Assembly: GCA_016182965.1 (NCBI GenBank)
Contig: JACPFM010000071.1
Span: 3,181-67,180, forward strand
Length of the DNA stretch: 64,000 nt
DNA from: Deltaproteobacteria bacterium
GTDB lineage: Bacteria; Myxococcota_A; Polyangia; Polyangiales; JADJMO01
Direction of reading: 5' to 3'
Both the position numbers and the translations under genes were made by a program. Below, in pieces: positions 56,365 through 64,000 of the stretch; position 1 is the stretch's first letter; the number at the start of each line of letters is the position of its first letter. The notes below the pieces were generated by a model, which was not told the DNA's origin, did not search any database, and was given only the letters and a program-made list of their open reading frames with translations.

Positions 56365-57576
56365 ATGACCGATCGGATCGCCGAACGCGTGCGCGCCGTC
56401 CTGCCGCGTGTGGTCGAGCAGAGACGAGATTTCCACCGTCACCCGGAGCTCGCGTACGAAGAGGTCCGCACCAGCGGCAAGGTGATCGAGTGGCTCGGGG
56501 CGCTCGGGCTCGAGGTGCGGTCGGGCATCGGCAAGACGGGTGTGATCGCGCGCCTGCGCGGCGATCGGCCCGGCAAGACCATCGCCCTGCGCGCCGACAT
56601 GGACGCGCTGCCGGTGCAGGAGGCCACCACACACGGCTCCGCGAGGCACGGCTTCGCGAGCCTGGTCGCAGGGAAGATGCACGCGTGCGGCCACGACGTG
56701 CACACCGCGATGCTGCTCGGCGTCGCCACCGTGCTGAGCGAGCTCCGAGACCAGATCGCCGGCGAGGTGCGCTTCCTCTTCCAGCCCGCCGAGGAGGGGC
56801 TCGGCGGCGCCGTGCCGATGATCGAGGCGGGCGCGGTCGACGGCGTCGATCTCGCGCTCGGTCAGCACATGGGACCGACGCACCCGACGGGCACCATCGC
56901 GCTCTCGCGCGGCCCGGCGATGGCCGCGACCGACTTCTTCACGCTGAAGATCCTCGGCCGCGGCGGCCATGGCGCGTATCCGCATCTGTCGGTCGACGCC
57001 ATCCCCATCGCGGCGCAGGTCGTCACCGCGCTGCAGACGATCGTGTCGCGGTCGGTCGATCCGCTCGAGGCGGCGGTCGTCACCATCGGCACCATCCAGG
57101 GCGGGTTCCGCAACAACGTCATCGCGCCGGAGGTCGAGATGACCGGCACCGTGCGCACCTTCGATCGCACGCTGCGCGAGTCGCTGCCCGCGCGCGTCGA
57201 GCGCATCGTCCGCGGCGTCGCCGACGCGCACGGCGCGCGCTACGAGCTCGACTACGCGCTGAACTACCCGGCGGTGGTCAACGATCCGACGGCCGCGCAG
57301 CTGCTCGAGCGCGCGGCGGCCGAGGTGCTCGGAGCGGATCGCGTGCAGGTGATCCCGCCGTCGATGGCGGGAGAGGACTTCGCCTATTACGCCGAGCGCG
57401 TACCCGCGTGCTTCTACTGGCTCGGCTGCCGACCGCTGGGCGCGCAGGACTTCGCCAACCTGCACAGCCCGTCGTTCGCTCCGTCATGGCGCGCGCGGCG
57501 CTGGATTTCCTCGCGGGCACGCGCTGAGGCTGGCCGGGTTGCGCGACGCGGGAGCGGACTTATCGTCGCTCCGTGA
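56365..57576 (+). CDS. M20D-family amidohydrolase (hippurate hydrolase / N-acyl-amino-acid amidohydrolase type)
   Basis: FHRHPELAYEE, ALRADMDALP, HACGHDVH, FQPAEEG, ...GGHGAYPH.... The last ~30 codons look unnatural (see findings). Confidence 0.85.
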   Translation: MTDRIAERVRAVLPRVVEQRRDFHRHPELAYEEVRTSGKVIEWLGALGLEVRSGIGKTGVIARLRGDRPGKTIALRADMDALPVQEATTHGSARHGFASLVAGKMHACGHDVHTAMLLGVATVLSELRDQIAGEVRFLFQPAEEGLGGAVPMIEAGAVDGVDLALGQHMGPTHPTGTIALSRGPAMAATDFFTLKILGRGGHGAYPHLSVDAIPIAAQVVTALQTIVSRSVDPLEAAVVTIGTIQGGFRNNVIAPEVEMTGTVRTFDRTLRESLPARVERIVRGVADAHGARYELDYALNYPAVVNDPTAAQLLERAAAEVLGADRVQVIPPSMAGEDFAYYAERVPACFYWLGCRPLGAQDFANLHSPSFAPSWRARRWISSRARAEAGRVARRGSGLIVAP

Positions 57577-57857
57577 AGAAGTCGTCCGCGCTCTCGGTCC
57601 TGCGCCACCCGCGCGCGTTCGCTCGCTTCCTGGGCGATCGTGAGGCGCCGCTCCTGCCGCGGCTGTTCGCGCTCTTCGCCGTCCTCTACGTGGTGCTGCC
57701 GATCGACGCGATCCCCGATGCCATCCCCGTGATCGGGTGGCTCGACGACGTGGGCGTCATCGCCCTGGTCCTCGCGTGGACGTCGCGCACCGTCGCGAAG
57801 TACCGCACCGGCGGCGCAGATCGCGGCGATCCGCACGCCGTCGTCGTGCGCCGTTGA
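57573..57857 (+). CDS. YkvA/DUF1232 family membrane protein
   Basis: GTG overlaps the upstream stop. ...LFAVLYVVLPIDAIPDAIPVIGWLDDVGV... is the DUF1232 signature. Confidence 0.8.
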   Translation: MKKSSALSVLRHPRAFARFLGDREAPLLPRLFALFAVLYVVLPIDAIPDAIPVIGWLDDVGVIALVLAWTSRTVAKYRTGGADRGDPHAVVVRR

Positions 57858-57912
57858 TCGGGTGACGGTTGATCGGCTGACGGGTGATCGGCCGACGGGT
57901 GATCGGTCGATC
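57853..57912. repeat. 4 x 15-bp tandem repeat overlapping the DUF1232 stop codon
   Basis: gttgatcgggtgacg / gttgatcggctgacg / ggtgatcggccgacg / ggtgatcggtcgatc. Confidence 0.8.
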
Positions 57913-58302
57913 GGCGCCGGGCGCGTGATCCCGCCCGTGAATCGGTTCGCGGCGAGCTCGTGGATCGGTTGGCCGAGCGCGTAGCAGGGCGCGGAGTCGA
58001 GCGCGTCCCGCCGAGCGTGCAGAGCACGGACGATGCGGCGTCGCGCGCCCCGCGTACGCAACGCGGCGACCGATCGCGGCCGGCACGCCCTTCGCTGAGC
58101 TCGAGCCGGTGAGGAGTGCTGAGCCGACGGCGGCGAATCTGACCGACCTCGCTGAGACTTCGCTGAGGAGGAGGGGGGGCCGGACGTCGGGGGTCGAGCG
58201 GTTCCACGCGGCGCGAGCTCGCCGCGGTGACGGGGCGAACCGTCTTCGGGAGGCCGCTCGGCCCTCGGCCCCGGCGTTCTCTTGATTGTGACAGCGGACA
58301 GG

Positions 58303-58331
58303 TTGACACCGCCGACTGTAACGGTTATCGA
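58303..58331 (+). promoter_or_regulatory. Candidate sigma-70-type promoter (TTGACA-17 nt-TATCGA)
   Basis: ttgaca at 58303-58308, a 17-nt spacer, and tatcga at 58326-58331, in a locally AT-richer patch about 40 nt upstream of a strong SD plus ATG. Confidence 0.3.
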
Positions 58332-58370
58332 TGCGACCAACGGCTGGGCCAGCAACCGAGGAGGTCGCCC

Positions 58371-58505
58371 ATGCACTGCGGACTTCGAGAACCCCGGGAA
58401 CATCGAGAACACGAGAGCCCGGCCGGCCAGTGGATGCTCGCGCTCATCGCGCTCGGGTTCCTGTGGCCGACGTTGATCATGGTCGGCCAACGGTTGCACC
58501 CGTGA
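58371..58505 (+). CDS. Candidate small membrane protein (44 aa), translationally coupled to the MerR-family gene
   Basis: SD gaggagg lies 6 nt before ATG 58371. MHCGLREPREHREHESPAGQWMLALIALGFLWPTLIMVGQRLHP has a C-terminal TM helix. The stop TGA overlaps an in-frame GTG of the MerR ORF (GTGA). Confidence 0.35.
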   Translation: MHCGLREPREHREHESPAGQWMLALIALGFLWPTLIMVGQRLHP

Positions 58506-58543
58506 GCGCGGCGCTTTCTTGCGCCGAGCCGGCCGGGGGACCG

Positions 58544-59308
58544 ATGCTGGGCGACGACGTGACCCAGACCCCGAACGCGCCCGCGAAGCAGGAGCCGTCG
58601 CTGACGATCGACGAGCTCGCCGCCGCGTCGCGCATCCCGAGCCGGACGATCCGCTTCTACCAATCCAAGGGCGTGCTCGGCTCGCCGACCGTCCGCGGGC
58701 GGGTCGCCTATTACGGCCCGCAGCACCTCGAGCGCCTCAAGCTGATCGCGCAGCTGCAGGATCGCGGGCTGCGCATCGACGCCATCCGCGCGCTGACGAC
58801 GCGCATCGACAAGGGGGAGCTCGACGTCGCCGAGTGGCTCGGGCTCGACGCCGAGTTCCGCGCGCCGTGGGGCGACGATCGACCGCGCACCATGACCGAG
58901 GCGGAGCTCCTCGAGCTCGCCGGCGAGGCGCGTCGCGACGGCCTCATCGCGGATCTGGTGCGGCACGAGCTCGTGCAGCGGCAGGGCGAGGTGTACCTCG
59001 TGTCGAGCCCGGCGCTGCTGCTGTTGTCGGTGCGGCTGGAGGCGGTCGGGATCGCCATCCCGGTCGCCGCCGCGGCGACGAAGATCCTCGAGAAGCACCT
59101 GTCGCGCGCCTCGCGCGAGCTGTCGGACTTCATCCTCGAGCGGGCGCGCACCGGCGACGACGCGCGCGTCGAGGGCCACGTGCAGGACCTGCGGCCGATC
59201 GCCCTCGACGCCGTGCACGTGCTGTTCGCCCGCGAGATGGAGCGCGTGCTCCGCGAGATGGCCGAGTCGGGCCAGACGGCGAAGCTCGGGAAGAAGAAGC
59301 CGCGCTGA
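58544..59308 (+). CDS. MerR family transcriptional regulator
   Basis: LTIDELAAASRIPSRTIRFYQSKGVL...YYGPQHLERLKLIAQLQDRGLRIDAI is a MerR wHTH plus a dimerisation helix. The start is ATG 58544 or the upstream GTG 58502. Confidence 0.85.
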   Translation: MLGDDVTQTPNAPAKQEPSLTIDELAAASRIPSRTIRFYQSKGVLGSPTVRGRVAYYGPQHLERLKLIAQLQDRGLRIDAIRALTTRIDKGELDVAEWLGLDAEFRAPWGDDRPRTMTEAELLELAGEARRDGLIADLVRHELVQRQGEVYLVSSPALLLLSVRLEAVGIAIPVAAAATKILEKHLSRASRELSDFILERARTGDDARVEGHVQDLRPIALDAVHVLFAREMERVLREMAESGQTAKLGKKKPR

Positions 59309-59313
59309 CGACA

Positions 59314-59565
59314 GTCGTCAGTCGTCAGTCGTCAGTCGTCAGTCGAGACGTTGCCCATTCGCGACCGCGGCGCCGCGCGAGGCCCCGGCGGGCGGGGTCG
59401 AAGGTCGAAAGTCGAAGGTCGAAAGCCTGAAACGGAGAGACCTGCTCCGTTCGACCTTCGACCTTGGACCTTCGACGCTCGACCCGGTCTGCCACAGCCA
59501 GCGCACGGCGGGCGCCCGCGACGGCGCGGCTCACGACTGACGACTGACGACTGACGACTGACGAC
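59314..59565 (+). repeat. Heptamer-array/hairpin composite element, copy R6 (most complete)
   Basis: (GTCGTCA)4 at 59314-59341. The left arm ggggtcgaaggtcgaaagtcgaaggtcgaaag (59394-59425) pairs with the right arm cgttcgaccttcgaccttggaccttcgacgctcgaccc (59448-59485). tcacgac plus (TGACGAC)4 at 59531-59565 abuts the stop of the minus-strand gene. Confidence 0.9.
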
Positions 59566-61632
59566 TCAAAGGACCTTCACCACGTCGCGCAGGAAGATGA
59601 CGACGATGCCCATCAGGCCCTCGCCGGCGATGACGCCGCTGGCGACGCTGACCGTGTAGCGGTCGGCGAGCTCCTTGCGCTTCTTCAAGAGGCTCCAAGC
59701 GGCGAGCGCGCCGAGGAACATCGCGAAGCTGTCGTTGAAGTCGATGACCAGCGCGATGCCGAGGCCGGTGGCGCTCGGGACGAAGGTGGTCCACGCGGGC
59801 TTGGGCGGGGGCTTGGCGTCCGGATCGCGGTCGGGCAGGCGCGCGTCGGCCTGGAAGCGCGCGACCTCGCGCGCGTGCTGGCGCGCGCCGATCTCCTCCA
59901 GCACCGCGATGAGCACGCCGATCGACGCGCCCACGACGATGCCGGCCAGCGCCAGCGTGGGCAGGTTCTTCGCGCCGTCCTTCAGCAGCTTGGCGACCGA
60001 GGCCCAGGCGACCGCCGCCGGCGCGGCGAGCTCGTTGCCGAGCTTCTCGGGCTTGGCGACGAGGAAGTACACCGGCACGCACACCGCGGCGCCGGCGAGC
60101 ACGCCGAGCATCTGCGCCCAGAACTGCTTGCGCGGCGAGCCGCCGAGCAGGTACCCGGTCTTCACCTCCATCAGCAGATCGGCCGAGTGCGACGCGGCGC
60201 CGGCGGTGACGGTTGCGGTCATCAGGTTGGCGGCCGCGTTGCCGGGGACGAGCACGCCGAAGAGGAGCTGGGTGATCTTCCCCATCGCGCCGATCGGCGT
60301 GACGCCCGTCTCGCCGGTCGCGCGCGCCGCCACGACCGAGAGGAGGAACGCCGCCGCGACCGAGACGGTACCCTCGAGGATCGGCACCGCGAACCACGCC
60401 CACTGCATGTACACGCACGCGACGGCGCACGCGGCGAGGCCGAGCGCGAACCAGCTCTGCGGCACCTCGACCGAGGCGAGCGGGTCCTCGTTCCGCGCGG
60501 CGCCGCGGCGGAACATGCCCGACAGGCCGGAGAACGCGCGCGCGACCGTTCGCCAGCGGAAGGCGAAGGCCACGATGCTGGAGCTCACCATGATCGCGGT
60601 GCCCGGCCACACGCTCCACTTCGAGCGGAGCGTCGCGTGGAGCGCGTCGGGCACCTTCACCGGGATCGCGTGCACGGCCTCCGCGGCCTTCGCGAACGAG
60701 AGCCACCTCGCGGGATCCGCGGCGATCTCGGGCGGCGCGACGCGGAGCACGCCGTGATCGACGAGCCAGGGCGCCACGATCGCGTAGTCGAGGACGGCGC
60801 CGATGAGGAGCGAGGTCGCCACCTTCACGCCGACGATCGCGCCTGCGGCGTACAGGAGCAGGCTCGTGTTGGCGCCGAGCGACCACGCGCCCATTCCGTG
60901 GCCTCGCAGCGACCCGGGGAAGGGGATCACCTCGGGGATCCGGCGGAGGAACCCGGGCTTCGACTCGAGGGCGAGCTTGAGCGCCGCGGCGCCGATCGCC
61001 GCCGCGAAGAGCGAGCGCGCCTTGGCCATCGACGCGCGACCCGCCGAGTGCATGGTGCGGATCGTCTCGGCGCACACGACCCCGCCGGGGAAGCGCAGCT
61101 GCTCGGCGTTGATCATGTTGCGCTTGAGCGGCACCGCCACCACGACGCCGAGCACCGACACGCCGAGCATCCACGCGGCCAGGCGATAGCCGTCGAGATC
61201 GGGGATGGAGATGGTCCCGTCCTTGCGCAGCATGGCCATCGCCGGGATGGAGCTGACCAGGCCGGCCGAGGACATGTACGCCGCCGCCGACGCCGCGGTC
61301 TGCGAGGTGTTGTTCTCGAGCATCGACAGCGGGCGCATGCCGGGGAACACGCCGCGCAGCGCCGCGAAGATCGCGAAGCCGACGACCGCCGAGGTGATCC
61401 CCATGCCGAACGACCAGCCGATCTTCAGCCCGATGTAGAGGTTGGACGCGCTGAGGATCGCGCCGAGCGTCATGCCGGTGATCGCCGCGCGGAAGGTCAG
61501 CTGGGGCTCGTCCTTCTGGTAGACCTGCTCGAGCCACAGCCGGTCGCGCGCGGCGATCGCCTCGGGGTCGCGCAGCGGCACGGGATCGATCGGGAACGGT
61601 GCGGCGGTCGACCCCGTGTCCTCGGACGCCAT
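59566..61632 (-). CDS. OPT family oligopeptide transporter
   Basis: ATG 61632 (MASEDTGST...). QLTFRAAITGMTLGAILSASNLYIGLKIGWSFGMGITSAV.... About 16 TM helices; typical OPT N-terminal block. Confidence 0.85.
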   Translation of the reverse strand: MASEDTGSTAAPFPIDPVPLRDPEAIAARDRLWLEQVYQKDEPQLTFRAAITGMTLGAILSASNLYIGLKIGWSFGMGITSAVVGFAIFAALRGVFPGMRPLSMLENNTSQTAASAAAYMSSAGLVSSIPAMAMLRKDGTISIPDLDGYRLAAWMLGVSVLGVVVAVPLKRNMINAEQLRFPGGVVCAETIRTMHSAGRASMAKARSLFAAAIGAAALKLALESKPGFLRRIPEVIPFPGSLRGHGMGAWSLGANTSLLLYAAGAIVGVKVATSLLIGAVLDYAIVAPWLVDHGVLRVAPPEIAADPARWLSFAKAAEAVHAIPVKVPDALHATLRSKWSVWPGTAIMVSSSIVAFAFRWRTVARAFSGLSGMFRRGAARNEDPLASVEVPQSWFALGLAACAVACVYMQWAWFAVPILEGTVSVAAAFLLSVVAARATGETGVTPIGAMGKITQLLFGVLVPGNAAANLMTATVTAGAASHSADLLMEVKTGYLLGGSPRKQFWAQMLGVLAGAAVCVPVYFLVAKPEKLGNELAAPAAVAWASVAKLLKDGAKNLPTLALAGIVVGASIGVLIAVLEEIGARQHAREVARFQADARLPDRDPDAKPPPKPAWTTFVPSATGLGIALVIDFNDSFAMFLGALAAWSLLKKRKELADRYTVSVASGVIAGEGLMGIVVIFLRDVVKVL

Positions 61633-61721
61633 GCGGGCGCTAACATAGACCGGATGCTGTCGCTGCTGGGCATCGACCCCGAGGCGAAGATCCCGATGAC
61701 CATCACGGAGTTCGTGAACCG

Positions 61722-62393
61722 TTGAACCTCGAGGTCGCGAACGTCGGTCCCGCCGTGGTGCGGCGCGCGCTCGCACGACCGTCTCCCTTCCCGCCGCACG
61801 CCTGGGATCACGACCCGCCGCCGCGGCCCGCAGCGGTGTGCGTGCCCATCGCCTTCGAGCCCGAGCCGGTGGCGTTCGCCGTGCTGCGCGCGGCGAGCCT
61901 CCGCGATCACGCGGGTGAGGTGGGGTTCCCCGGCGGCAAGCCGGAGCAGGGCGACGCCGATCTGCGGGCGACCGCGCTGCGAGAGCTCGGCGAGGAGGTC
62001 GCGCTGTTCGACGTCGACGTGCTCGGGGTCCTGTCGGAGGTGCCCGTGGTGACCGGTCGCTACGTCATCCACCCGTTCGTCGCCGACATCGGCGCGGCGC
62101 GCCCGGAGATCCGCGCCTCGGAGGTCGCCGAGATCCTGCCCATCCGCCTCTTGCCGTACCTGACGGGCGCGGCGGTGTACGAGGCGGTCCAGACCACGTG
62201 GCGCGGGCTCGAGTTCCTCACGCCGCACTTCCATGTCGACGCACGGACGCGCGAGGGCGTCGTGCTCTACGGGGCGAGCGCGTTCATGCTGTGGGAGCTG
62301 CTCCTGCGCGTCGCCGCCGAGCTCGGTGAGCCGCTGCCCGGGCCGGTGCTCGTCGACAGTCGACCGTGGGGCGAGCGGTATGGCTCGCGTTAG
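61722..62393 (+). CDS. NUDIX hydrolase (CoA-pyrophosphatase-like)
   Basis: Nudix box GEVGFPGGKPEQGDADLRATALRELGEEVAL. TTG start as given by the track, uncertain. Confidence 0.75.
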   Translation: MNLEVANVGPAVVRRALARPSPFPPHAWDHDPPPRPAAVCVPIAFEPEPVAFAVLRAASLRDHAGEVGFPGGKPEQGDADLRATALRELGEEVALFDVDVLGVLSEVPVVTGRYVIHPFVADIGAARPEIRASEVAEILPIRLLPYLTGAAVYEAVQTTWRGLEFLTPHFHVDARTREGVVLYGASAFMLWELLLRVAAELGEPLPGPVLVDSRPWGERYGSR

Positions 62394-62430
62394 GGCTCGA
62401 CCTCCGGGCGCGACCAGGCACAATGAAAGG

Positions 62431-62970
62431 GTGCCGGTTCCCGCTCGTCGTCGCCCGTCGGTGCGCGTCTCCTTCGTCCTGCCCGTGAGCGCCGATCGCC
62501 TGTACCGCGCGTGGCTCGACCCGAAGGAGCACGGCGCGTTCACCGGTGCGGGCGTCACCTCGACGGCCAAGGCCGGCGGGAAGTTCTCGACGTTCGACGG
62601 GTACGCCTCGGGGAAGTACACCGAGCTCGTCCCCGCCGAGCGCATCGTCATGTCCTGGCGCGCCAGCGATTTCCCGGAGGGCGCGCCCGACTCGCGCGTC
62701 GAGGTGCTCTTCCAGCCGGCGAGCGGCGGCACGCGGGTGACCATCCTGCACGCCGAGCTGCCGCCCGGCACCGAGGAGCAGTTCCGCAAGGGCTGGCGCC
62801 GCTACTACGAGACGCCGATGCGCGCACACTTCCGTGCGGCGCAGGCCGGCGCCGTCGAGGCGGAGACCGCGGAGCCGGCGCCCGCGCCCAAGCGGGCCTC
62901 GCGCGTCGCGCGTCCGAAGGCCGCGGCGCCGCGCGCGGGGGCGCCGACGTCGAAGCGACGCGGCAGCTGA
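62431..62970 (+). CDS. SRPBCC/AHSA1 (Aha1-like) domain protein with a basic Ala/Pro tail
   Basis: GTG 62431. ...VSADRLYRAWLDPKEHGAFTG...GGKFSTFDGYASGKYTELVPAERIVMSWR...RVEVLFQP..GGTRVTILH.... Confidence 0.75.
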   Translation: MPVPARRRPSVRVSFVLPVSADRLYRAWLDPKEHGAFTGAGVTSTAKAGGKFSTFDGYASGKYTELVPAERIVMSWRASDFPEGAPDSRVEVLFQPASGGTRVTILHAELPPGTEEQFRKGWRRYYETPMRAHFRAAQAGAVEAETAEPAPAPKRASRVARPKAAAPRAGAPTSKRRGS

Positions 62971-62991
62971 CGCGCGCGTCCTCACGCGTCC

Positions 62992-63942
62992 TCACGCGTT
63001 CGCGGCGGCGGCGGCGCGTTCACGAAGGCGATCGAGATCGAAGCGCCCGCGCGCGGCGGGCAGCACCTTGCCCCAGAGATCGCCCCGCCGAGCGAGGCGC
63101 GCCGGCGCGTTGTCGAGGCGGAAATCCTCGATGGCGACGCCGCGCTCGAGCTCCCGCCAGGTGACGGGCATCGACACCGACGCGTGACGCGTAGGGCGCA
63201 CCGAGTAGATCGAGGCGAGCGTGCGGCTCCACGCGTTCTGGTTGTAGTCGAGGAGCACGCGGCCCTTGGGGCGCCGGGCGACCGTGTACTCCGCGGTCAC
63301 CAGCGCCGGCGCGCGCGCGGCGAGGGCGACCGCGATCGCCTTGGCTACGGTCCACACCTCGTGCTGCGTCGGTCCCCGAACGACCGGCACGTAGACGTGC
63401 ACGCCCTTGCTGCCGCTGGTCTTCACGTACGTCGGCATCTTCAGCGCAGTGAGCGCCTCGTTCAGGTAGAGGGCGGCCTCGAGCACCTTCGCGAACGGGG
63501 CGCTGCCGGGATCGAGATCGAAGTGCAGGTAGTCGGGTCGATCGACGTCGTCGCAGCGCGCGTACCACGGGTTCAAATCGATGCACCCGAGGTTGATCAC
63601 CCAGGCGAGCGACGCGAGATCGTCGATCACCGGGAGGTCGATGACGCCCTTCGATCCATGATCGATCGCGCAGGTGCGGATCCACGGCGGCCGCGGCGTC
63701 GGCGCGCGCTTCATGAAGAAGAACTCGCCTCTCCAGCCGTGCGGGTAGCGCCTCATCACCATCGCGCGGTCGCGCAGGTGCGGCAGCAGCCAAGGCGCGA
63801 CGGCGACGTAGTACCGGATGAGGTCGCCCTTGGTGAGGCCGAGCTCCGGCCAGAACGGCTTGTGCAGGTTCGTGACGCGCACGGCGCGACCGTCGAGGTC
63901 GACGGTGGCGTCGCCGCTCGTCGGGATCTTCGGGCCGCGCAT
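62992..63942 (-). CDS. DNA ligase D polymerase/primase domain protein (NHEJ LigD-PolDom)
   Basis: VRVTNLHKPFWPELGLTKGDLIRYY, FFFMKRAP, DLNPW, DYLHFDLDP, TSGSKGVHVYVP, LLDYNQN.... Archaeo-eukaryotic primase-type LigD Pol signature. ATG 63942 (the track's TTG is at 63960). Confidence 0.9.
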   Translation of the reverse strand: MRGPKIPTSGDATVDLDGRAVRVTNLHKPFWPELGLTKGDLIRYYVAVAPWLLPHLRDRAMVMRRYPHGWRGEFFFMKRAPTPRPPWIRTCAIDHGSKGVIDLPVIDDLASLAWVINLGCIDLNPWYARCDDVDRPDYLHFDLDPGSAPFAKVLEAALYLNEALTALKMPTYVKTSGSKGVHVYVPVVRGPTQHEVWTVAKAIAVALAARAPALVTAEYTVARRPKGRVLLDYNQNAWSRTLASIYSVRPTRHASVSMPVTWRELERGVAIEDFRLDNAPARLARRGDLWGKVLPAARGRFDLDRLRERAAAAANA

Positions 63943-64000
63943 GTCCGACTCCGATAGCAAGCGGCCGGCCGACCTGGAGCCGTCCGGCCCCGGGGCGGGC

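Noticed and set aside
57686-58309. 207-aa minus-strand ORF translating the 15-bp repeat as DHPSADHPSAD
   Set aside because: It has no start context, an Arg/Pro/Ser-rich composition and no motifs. It overlaps the end of a supported plus-strand gene.

Overview
The window is very GC-rich (about 70%) and densely coding. Its content suggests a myxobacterial chromosome: MYXO-CTERM-like C-terminal anchors, a Ser/Thr kinase, an FHA/sigma-54 activator, and many lipoproteins. That assignment is inference only. I call about 59 protein genes and one tRNA-Ala(GGC). Most are housekeeping or ordinary accessory genes: gshA, glk, tkt, aroH/tyrA, cyaY, apaG, ybaK, an Fpg/Nei glycosylase, crotonases, an M20 amidohydrolase, transporters, a hybrid histidine kinase and a LigD polymerase domain. 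Many long antisense 'shadow' ORFs in the six-frame track are GC artefacts, and I rejected them.

The most unusual signal is non-coding. It is a family of composite intergenic elements with at least 8 full or partial copies in 64 kb. Each element is built from two different heptamers. Terminal, mutually inverted arrays of (GTCGTCA)n/(TGACGAC)n flank a central hairpin whose arms are (GGTCGAA)n/(TTCGACC)n. The arrays start 0-23 nt after stop codons, and most copies sit between convergent genes.

Other items worth a second look:
- a 330-bp nested inverted-repeat, hairpin-rich element next to one repeat copy, which may be a structured RNA or a MITE;
- an orphan FliI/SctN-type ATPase, apparently translationally coupled to a zinc-ribbon membrane protein and lying downstream of a large beta-propeller protein, with no other secretion or flagellar genes visible;
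- an iteron-like block of phased direct repeats upstream of a histone-H1-like gene;
- an S8 protease ORF in which a MYXO-CTERM-like anchor runs in frame into a lipoprotein signal peptide;
- a candidate sigma-54 promoter plus a perfect palindrome between an FHA-type enhancer-binding protein gene and an FGE-like gene.

All functional calls rest on motifs read by eye from the supplied translations. No database search was run.
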